Shown in pieces: positions 57,175 to 64,000 of a stretch of DNA of 64,000 bases; position 1 is the stretch's first letter, and every line of letters starts with the position of its first letter. The notes under the pieces are model-generated. The model did no database searches and was not told where the DNA came from. It saw nothing but the letters and a program-made list of their open reading frames with translations. The translations under genes were made by a program, and so were the position numbers. Location of the stretch: positions 1,696,001 to 1,760,000 of the forward strand of contig OZ242220.1 in the NCBI GenBank assembly GCA_965206745.1, in the 5' to 3' direction. Source of the stretch: Nitrosopumilus sp. Its GTDB lineage: Archaea > Thermoproteota > Nitrososphaeria > Nitrososphaerales > Nitrosopumilaceae.

Positions 57175-57420
57175 TGACGTAGATGTGTAATGTTGCTATA
57201 TAATGATGTTAAGAATTGCATCAAGTTACAGTCCGGATTCGTATCATCTTGAGCATGTCCTGCCTCAAACTGGCACAGATGTGTAAATGGGTTTTGTTCA
57301 TCTCGGTTTTTCCGATCCTGCAATAAATATGGGGTTTTTTACAGTTTTCACGCCTAAGAGGCATGCCGTAGGGAGGCAGATGTCGCTAAATAACACCATG
57401 ATGATAGATATGACAATAAC

Positions 57421-58008
57421 ATGAAAAACATGCAAAAATCAGAAATGATTTTTTCAGGTATTAACAACATGAAAAATGCAAAATGTACAATACCGTTCTT
57501 GGCATTAATTTTACTGATACCAGCAGGCATCGATAATTCATTTGCACAAGAATCAAGTCAAAAGGCACCCATCTATGATCCTGCTGTTGTACAATACATC
57601 AAAGAGATCATTTCTCGAAATGGTGAACACACACAAGAGAAAACAATAGACGGGCAAACTATGTCAGTTACAACAAACATCCAAGTAACAGATGGTAGTT
57701 ATGTAGCAAGAACTACAGCTAGTGTAAACGATGAAAGAATAATGTCTGAAACTTTCAGAATAGTTGCAAATGATGATAGCACATACAAACTCATCAATGA
57801 CAATCTGGGAATTGATGAAACGTTTACAGATGTATCTCAAGGTGCAACTGGAGATGCGACTTCATCAACCAGATCTAGCATATCTCTAACCGATAGAGAG
57901 TGTGATACTTTTCATACGTTACTTCCAAGTGACAGTTATTCAGCTTGTTCTACCTTTAATCAAGAACAAATAAAATCTTTAGAGGCTGAACCGGGTGATA
58001 TCCTATAA
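57421..58008 (+). CDS. Secreted protein, apparently chimeric or truncated
   Basis: Signal peptide ending SFA. The last about 12 codons (KSLEAEPGDIL) are homologous to the end of 27624..28109 (KSLGAELDDVL). Confidence 0.6.
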   Translation: MKNMQKSEMIFSGINNMKNAKCTIPFLALILLIPAGIDNSFAQESSQKAPIYDPAVVQYIKEIISRNGEHTQEKTIDGQTMSVTTNIQVTDGSYVARTTASVNDERIMSETFRIVANDDSTYKLINDNLGIDETFTDVSQGATGDATSSTRSSISLTDRECDTFHTLLPSDSYSACSTFNQEQIKSLEAEPGDIL

Positions 58009-58280
58009 TGTACAGGGACAAGGTTCAGATTATTGCAGAAATCATTGCAAGGCTTACAGAATCTGAATCAATAGTAAGGACAAATCTGCTCTCATACTGC
58101 AATCTTAATCCATCAAGGGACCAGTCAATACTAGATGAATTAGAAGAGAAAGATCTCATCAAAAAAGATGTGTACTCTAATGGCAGAAAAACAATCAGCA
58201 AATACGCAATTACGCAGAAAGGGAGAGAATTCCACCAAAGGGTACTAGAGCCATACGGGGAGTTGTTTTGTAGGAAATGA
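58008..58280 (+). CDS. Archaeal winged-HTH regulator (HTH_45-like)
   Basis: YRDKVQIIAEII...TNLLSYCNLN...LDELEEKDLI...YAITQKGREF. Confidence 0.88.
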   Translation: MYRDKVQIIAEIIARLTESESIVRTNLLSYCNLNPSRDQSILDELEEKDLIKKDVYSNGRKTISKYAITQKGREFHQRVLEPYGELFCRK

Positions 58281-58529
58281 TTTGTTTTGCCTCAGATTCC
58301 GGAAAAACAGGATTCTAGTACAGATTGTCCTTGAATGATAAGCCGGATTAAGGCACACGCAAGTATGGCATCTATATGATTTCACACTTTGTGATTTTTG
58401 AGATGTTTCCATAATTGCAGATCTGAATGAGGGCTTTTTTGATTCAATTTTGTTGGACCGGGGAAGACTAGAGACGATACAGTCATGCAACAAGATACTT
58501 TTATCTTTCTGATACCTGATTCTAGTCTT

Positions 58530-59183
58530 TCAATTCTCAGAATATTGGTCAGCTAATGTCCCATTTTCATGATAGCGGAATTTTTTCTTTCCGTATTCAT
58601 CTTCTGCATATTCGTAGATCTGTCCAGTTGGATGATACCAATATTTTGGATTTCCATTTTCATAGAATTCATTTGTCATTCTGCCTTTATCATCATAACG
58701 TGTTTTCTCATTCCCATTCTCCCAGTACTCCATTTCCGTACTACCATTATCCCAGTATGATATTTTACCGGTTCCGTCTTCACTGTACTCATAATATATT
58801 GTTGTCGAGTTTACAGTATCCCAGTATGATATTTTACCGGTTTCGTCTTCACGGTACTCACGATATATTGTTGTCGAGTTTACAACATCCCAGTATTCTG
58901 TTTTCTTGTTTCCATTATCCCAATATTCTGTTTTACTGTCATCTATTTTTTCTATCGATGGCGGATCATCGAGTCCAATAAACGGATGTAGACCGCAATA
59001 TTCACCTAGTTTACCTAATTTTTCTGCTTGATCTGGAGATATTATCCCGAAGCTAGGGCTATTGGCTAATGCATAGCAATCCCTATTAGCCAGAATCTGA
59101 TCTAGTGACTGTTGACTGCCGATAGCCATTATTACAATTGTTGCAACAGCGATAATCGCGATAATAATGTAAATGTATTCCAT
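58530..59183 (-). CDS. Anchored MORN/YwqK-like repeat protein (paralog of 52660)
   Basis: Shared LDQ.LANRDC and SIE.IDDSKTEYWDNGN; fewer repeats. Confidence 0.82.
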   Translation of the reverse strand: MEYIYIIIAIIAVATIVIMAIGSQQSLDQILANRDCYALANSPSFGIISPDQAEKLGKLGEYCGLHPFIGLDDPPSIEKIDDSKTEYWDNGNKKTEYWDVVNSTTIYREYREDETGKISYWDTVNSTTIYYEYSEDGTGKISYWDNGSTEMEYWENGNEKTRYDDKGRMTNEFYENGNPKYWYHPTGQIYEYAEDEYGKKKFRYHENGTLADQYSEN

Positions 59184-59430
59184 TTGAACGCTTGAATTTT
59201 TAGGGACTGCAGGAGTATCCAATAATTTTAAAGAGATCGTACATTTTAAAAAAATTGTGCCTTATTGCATGACTCTTCAGATGATTGGTTTGCTCTGCAG
59301 TCTGAACCAAACCATACTCTCTGAGATCATGTCGCCATCTGGAGATGTTTTTGGTGAGACTGTAAGTACGTGTGGACCCTCATACCAGTCAAAGATGGTT
59401 AAAATATGATGAATTACAAGCAAGATTGAT

Positions 59431-59922
59431 TTGGCAAGCAAGCTGGAACTGATATCAAGTGTGCTGAGGACAAGGAGGTACGCATCTGTTGCCATAGTTA
59501 GCGGCACAGGACTTGGAATAATCTACTACTTTTTGACAATGTCGCTGTTTTCATCCCATCTGGAAGTCACAATGAATACAATGCAGTCATACATTATAAC
59601 CTCCGTGGTGCTGACAGTGGTAATATCATCACTGGCAGGGATAAACTTTGCAATGATGGCATTCAAGATAAAGAGGATGAAAATGATGAATTCCGTAAAA
59701 TCAAACTCGTCGGCAGTACTCGGAGGGGCGTTTGCCGCATTCACTCCGGGATGTCCGGCATGTACTGCACCCCTTGCAGTGATTTTAAGTGCAGTCGGTG
59801 GACTCTCACTGTTCCCAATGCAGGGACTGGAGTTAAAGTTCATCTCAGTGGGGGTTTTGACATTCTCCATCTGGTGGATTGCAAGGGGCCTGCAAAGCAA
59901 GAGCTGCTGCAAGATAGGCTGA
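59431..59922 (+). CDS. Membrane protein with CxxC and terminal CC motifs
   Basis: 4 TM; TPGCPACT; KSCC. Confidence 0.75.
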   Translation: MASKLELISSVLRTRRYASVAIVSGTGLGIIYYFLTMSLFSSHLEVTMNTMQSYIITSVVLTVVISSLAGINFAMMAFKIKRMKMMNSVKSNSSAVLGGAFAAFTPGCPACTAPLAVILSAVGGLSLFPMQGLELKFISVGVLTFSIWWIARGLQSKSCCKIG

Positions 59923-60008
59923 GGCATACCAGTAGAGCTGCCAAGTGCAATCCCTTGCTTGAGGAATATAGAGAATGAGTTTTAAATGCACAGATCAATG
60001 CAGTATCC

Positions 60009-60815
60009 GTGAGAAGAAAGAGAGCATTGCTAATCATCCTGCTCGGCATCATCACGGTATCAGGGGTGGACGCGTTTGTAATCGAGCCCAACATCATCGA
60101 GGTAAACGAGATAGACATCACAGGTACGGGAACCGAGATGAAGGTCGGCTTTATTGCGGATTTCCAAAGACAAAACTCTGATCCCGCGTTTGTTCAGCGT
60201 GCAGTCGACATGCTAAATGCAAGAGAACCTGATGTAATAGTGATTGGAGGTGATTTCATAGATACCAGTCTTGATGAGCTGCCGTCCCTTGAGCCGCTGG
60301 GGGGGTTGGATGCCAGATACGGCGTGTATGGCGTACTGGGAAATCACGATTATAGCGTGTATTCTTTTAGCCGGGGCAACGCCAACCTGGAGCTGGCTGA
60401 GGCAGTGATAGAGTATCTTCAGGGGAACGGTCCAATCAGGATTCTCAGAAACGAGAATGTTGCAGTCAAAGACATTAGGATAGTGGGCCTTGACTCTTAC
60501 TGGGCCGGTCTGAGGGATTCAGAGAAGGCCTTTGCAGGTACAGCAGACGAGTTTAAAATTTTATTGTCACACAATCAGAATGACTTGGAGATAAGCAAGG
60601 AGACAGCAGACGTGTATCTGTTCGGGCACACGCACTGCGGACAGGTCAGGCTCCCATATATCGGATCCATACCAAAAATTGCGGGCTTTGAGGGGGAGTA
60701 CGACTATAAGCACTATATCGTCAACGGCGCTGACGTGTACACGACGTGCGGCCTGGCCCCTGCGCCAAGGTTCTTCAATCCGCCTGAAATCACAATCATA
60801 AACTTGTTAGAGTAG
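60009..60815 (+). CDS. Calcineurin-like metallophosphoesterase (YkuE type)
   Basis: ADFQ, GGDFID, LGNHD, LSHN, GHTHCGQ. Confidence 0.92.
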   Translation: MRRKRALLIILLGIITVSGVDAFVIEPNIIEVNEIDITGTGTEMKVGFIADFQRQNSDPAFVQRAVDMLNAREPDVIVIGGDFIDTSLDELPSLEPLGGLDARYGVYGVLGNHDYSVYSFSRGNANLELAEAVIEYLQGNGPIRILRNENVAVKDIRIVGLDSYWAGLRDSEKAFAGTADEFKILLSHNQNDLEISKETADVYLFGHTHCGQVRLPYIGSIPKIAGFEGEYDYKHYIVNGADVYTTCGLAPAPRFFNPPEITIINLLE

Positions 60816-60861
60816 GCTCTGGTCAAATACAGTGATCAGACCACCATTTATGACCAGAACT
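60815..60861. repeat. 47-bp palindromic element (family A), inverted, overlapping the stop codon
   Basis: GGCTCTGGTCAAATACAGTGATCAGACCACCATTTATGACCAGAACT. Confidence 0.85.
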
Positions 60862-60995
60862 TCTCATTTTGAACAAGCTGCCATTTTAGTGGTAAAATAC
60901 CCATCATATTATAGATTGATTTCAAGTAATGAGGGGCACTCATTAATGGAAAAATTATTTATCAAAGGTTTAAGAAAAGGAAAGAGGATGTTTGG

Positions 60996-61298
60996 ATGAC
61001 TGCAAATATAATGACTAAATCAAAAATTGGAAAATCAAACACATCAGCAATGGAACTATTCATGGCAGTTGATTCACCATCGGATGAAAAATTGAATGAT
61101 TTTAGAAAAAATTCAGAGTGGTTTGCTCAAAACAAAGATAGCTTGAGAAAGAAATATGGAGAAAGTTATGTTGCAATTTATGAGAATAAAATTTGTCTTA
61201 CAGATAAAGACCCGATAAAATTACTCAAACAGGTTAAAGTGAAATATGGTCATGATCCAAGTGTTGTAGTAAGCTTTATTGGCTCTAGTCAAGAGTAG
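60996..61298 (+). CDS. DUF5678-like small protein
   Basis: N.EWF..N...L..KYG..YVAI...I...KD...L pattern. Confidence 0.7.
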   Translation: MTANIMTKSKIGKSNTSAMELFMAVDSPSDEKLNDFRKNSEWFAQNKDSLRKKYGESYVAIYENKICLTDKDPIKLLKQVKVKYGHDPSVVVSFIGSSQE

Positions 61299-61563
61299 TA
61301 ATTCAATTATAGTATTACACCACTCAGAAGATACGTTGAAGATTAGATTTTATCTGCTGGCTCTGCTATCAGGCTTGTTTCTCATTGTGGCCTTGCCTGT
61401 CGGAATTGTATTTTTGGTCTTTGTTGCCCTGTACTATGTGGTTTCCAATAGGGAGGAAACCAGGATTGAGCCTGCTAGTGCTGATGCACATCCCCCGGAT
61501 CCCGACTTTAACAGCTTGTTTAACAATGAAGACTTTGTAAACGAGCAAGAAAAGTTAAGATGA
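61279..61563 (+). CDS. Small membrane protein (start may be the TTG near 61337)
   Basis: Hydrophobic hairpin followed by an acidic tail. Confidence 0.5.
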   Translation: MALVKSSNSIIVLHHSEDTLKIRFYLLALLSGLFLIVALPVGIVFLVFVALYYVVSNREETRIEPASADAHPPDPDFNSLFNNEDFVNEQEKLR

Positions 61564-61570
61564 TTTAATT

Positions 61571-62604
61571 GCTTTGTTGTATGACTCGATCAATTCAGAT
61601 GATTATTTGTCTCTGCATAATTTAATCCAGACAGTATCCACTGAAATCATGCCAGTACCATCCTGTTGTTGTACAGCAACTTGAGTTTCATCCCGTGCAT
61701 CATGTTTTTCCTTTTTCGTGCCATCACATACTCTCCAAACAGCCTCTTTATTGCAGAAAATACTGCCTCAACCAACCCATCTTTTTCCAGAACCTGCAGT
61801 CTTTTTCCATTCCGTGTTACATCTCTGCATCTTTGCTGTCATTGTGCGCGGATACGACGGGGTATCACATCTGGAATTTTTTCGGACCGGAATTACACGC
61901 CGTATTCTCTCATGGTACATGTGCTCAAATATTATGGCCGCATCATACGTATCATCTGCCAGCACACAAGATACGGTGTTTCTTTTGCCTGACTCTTCGG
62001 CCAGATCAATTAGATGCTTTGAGTCATGTGAGCTCTCATCTGTAATGATCATGCCTGTTACAGTCATTGTTTTGGTATCAACTGTACCATGCAATTTTAT
62101 GAATCCTCTTCTCGGGGTACCGTGCTTGTATCTTATCGAATCGCCACTGTTTGTTACCTTTATTCCAGTACTGTCAATTGCAATGGTGATATTGCCATGT
62201 GTGTTTTTGCTCTGGGTCAAGTCAAGCTGTAACTGGTTTATTTTTCATATGGTGCTGTATGATGGAACCTTGATTTTATCACCAAACAAGGTTTCTGCCA
62301 GACCAGATGTCTGTATGGCAATGTACAGTAGAGATGAATGTATGCATGAATCGTGATCAACTCGTCTGGATATTGGTATTGTCCTCCCAGTTTTTTCTGA
62401 TTCATCTTTTTTAATTCCCTTTTGAATCCGTTTATGAGGTTGACATCGATGCGAAAGTAACCTCGTCTGCAGAGTTTGTTGTTGTACCCATTCCAATTTT
62501 TACTCACACATGCATGAACTATTTGATGATCTTTAGCTTTTTTGATTTAATTTTGTTAGACTGGAGATCAAAAAGATGATACAGGCAGAGTCATGCAACA
62601 AAGC
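61571..62604 (-). mobile_element. IS5-family (IS903-group-like) insertion sequence, decayed
   Basis: 17-bp TIR GCTTTGTTGTATGACTC / GAGTCATGCAACAAAGC; no clear target duplication. Confidence 0.88.
61640..62507 (-). pseudogene. DDE transposase split by frameshifts
   Basis: Pieces: NWNGYNNKLCRRG..GGQYQYPD; VPSYSTI; IAIDSTGIKV..KLH..VLADDTYD..VIPVRKN. Confidence 0.88.
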
Positions 62605-62704
62605 AGAATAAACCATAACTTAGAATCATGACAGCTACATAAGATATTGGTTTATTTTTCCAGTCATCCAACAAGAGTTCTTAAAATTCAACTATGAATA
62701 TGTT

Positions 62705-63088
62705 TTATCTTATCCATGAAAACCACCTTCGAAACTTTCCAAAATGTCTAGCTTTTGATTTCTTATCTAGTGCACGACCTGTTTTTATTTCTGAATCATC
62801 CCATTTTTTGGACCAGATAATTTTATTCTTCTCTATCCAGTAATGGGATTGACACGGTATATTCCAATTTCCAATTGATGGGTTTAGTGAAATTGTTTCC
62901 CCATTCCAGGTTAGATTCCAATCCATAGGTTTGATGGGCGTTACAGTAATTTCACCACAACCACAAGCACATTTGTGGATAGCTGTAGCATATGGAATGG
63001 ATATGTACAGTATTCCCTCTTCCACTGGATCTGGAATTAAATCAACAAACTCATATCTGATAATCTTATGTTTCATTTGCAACATCAC
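62705..63088 (-). CDS. DUF6527-family protein
   Basis: EFVDLIPD..EEGILYIS..Y.TA.H.CACGCG...TP...SL.PSIGNW..PCQSHYWI. Confidence 0.88.
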   Translation of the reverse strand: MMLQMKHKIIRYEFVDLIPDPVEEGILYISIPYATAIHKCACGCGEITVTPIKPMDWNLTWNGETISLNPSIGNWNIPCQSHYWIEKNKIIWSKKWDDSEIKTGRALDKKSKARHFGKFRRWFSWIR

Positions 63089-64000
63089 TATTTGTCAAAG
63101 TGTTAGTAGAGATTCCATAAACAGTATGGTATTCATTTGGGATATCGTGATAGAATCCACAGGTCTTTTTCCATTTGATAACTGCAAATGCGGCATTTAA
63201 TGCATTCATATCAGCAACTTGGATATTAGTTGAGTATTGGTTATCTTCGTTGCCATCAAAAGGGATTTTGTTTGATGGATCATTATTAAGAGATGGATCA
63301 TAGCTAGTTGTTCGAATCAAACCAGTTAGTGCTTCATTCTCATTTAAGAGACCGATTCCCACATCAATGAAAGGTATTTTATTTTTCATAAGATAATTCA
63401 CTATAATTTTTCTAGATTCTCCTTTGTCAACACAAAGGAACACCATATCCATAGAAATTAATTTTCCAATATTTGATTCATCTATGAGATGTGGGTGTGG
63501 GATAATGTTTCTTCGCATCCGAGAATAATTTTCCGCAAACCACTCTACCTTAGTTATATCTTTTGAGAGATCATCATACGATGGCGCTCCAGGAGAACGA
63601 AAGGCATTGTGATTGTGGAATTTATCGCCATCAAAAAGATGAATTTCACCCACAGGGGTTTTAGCAACAAGATCGAGAATGTATGATCCTGTTCCACCTA
63701 ATCCAACGATAGCAATTTTATCTTTCTTTAGCTTTTCATTAATTGATGTAATACCTGCACGACTGGAAGCTGTATCCAAATAACAGAAGACAGATTCATC
63801 CTCGGTGAGTTTGACAGGATGAAATGTGGTGGCTTTAACTTTTGAGTCAATTGCTCGGGCTTCATTCTCTAATATTTTGACATAATGTGTCATCTTTTGA
63901 TGATAATTCTGATATCCTCCTGAAGGTTTTTGAGAAAACATTTGAATGGTAACTAGCCCATCGCGAATTTTTTCTGGTAAACTCCTAGTTCCTAATTTGA
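63066..64000 (-). CDS. ThiF/E1-like adenylyltransferase (DUF6791-ThiF type), 5'-partial
   Basis: YLDTASSRA, IAIVGLGGTGS, FDGD...HNAFRSPG, FLCVD, IDVGIG, NIQVADMNALNA. The frame stays open to the window edge. Confidence 0.9.
   Translation of the reverse strand, partial: KLGTRSLPEKIRDGLVTIQMFSQKPSGGYQNYHQKMTHYVKILENEARAIDSKVKATTFHPVKLTEDESVFCYLDTASSRAGITSINEKLKKDKIAIVGLGGTGSYILDLVAKTPVGEIHLFDGDKFHNHNAFRSPGAPSYDDLSKDITKVEWFAENYSRMRRNIIPHPHLIDESNIGKLISMDMVFLCVDKGESRKIIVNYLMKNKIPFIDVGIGLLNENEALTGLIRTTSYDPSLNNDPSNKIPFDGNEDNQYSTNIQVADMNALNAAFAVIKWKKTCGFYHDIPNEYHTVYGISTNTLTNSDVANET

Noticed and set aside
9891-60861. 47-bp palindromes as canonical integron attC sites
   Set aside because: No RYYYAAC/GTTRRRY cores, both orientations occur, and no IntI gene is present. 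Kept only as an unexplained element.
61560-62615. Target-site duplication or recent activity of the IS
   Set aside because: The flanks (GATTTAATT vs AGAATAAAC) do not match, and the transposase has multiple frameshifts.
1-64000. tRNA or rRNA genes
   Set aside because: No cloverleaf with T-loop GTTCRA in a proper context and no rRNA signature noticed by eye; tRNAscan-SE would be needed to exclude them fully.

Overview
Window from an ammonia-oxidising archaeon (Nitrososphaerota, Nitrosopumilaceae-like). The assignment rests on the adjacent 4-hydroxybutyryl-CoA dehydratase and ADP-forming 4-hydroxybutyryl-CoA synthetase of the 3HP/4HB cycle and on a trxA/zinc-ribbon/signal-peptidase block. The serpin expansion and dense IS debris suggest a host-associated lineage such as a sponge symbiont (inference). 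Short GC-richer core blocks (about 28.5-31.4 kb, 37.8-41.5 kb and 48.8-51.6 kb) alternate with accessory DNA. The accessory DNA holds: (i) five tandem membrane-anchored serpins with hypervariable reactive-centre loops, inside a region bracketed by 225-bp direct repeats; (ii) a compact 8-gene minus-strand operon (17.96-24.73 kb) encoding an RHH regulator, a truncated TFB, a prepilin peptidase and a VirD4/TraD-like ATPase fused to a PD-(D/E)xK-like domain; (iii) five secreted MORN/YwqK-type repeat proteins; (iv) a repeated divergent-promoter operator linked to a membrane protein and wHTH pair; (v) at least three dispersed small-repeat families, including a fixed-length 47-bp palindrome at accessory-gene junctions; (vi) a decayed IS5/IS903-group element; and (vii) an E1-like ThiF plus DUF6527 gene pair running off the right edge. 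No rRNA, tRNA, CRISPR array, integrase or reverse transcriptase was seen. All family calls are from motif recognition by eye, without database searches.
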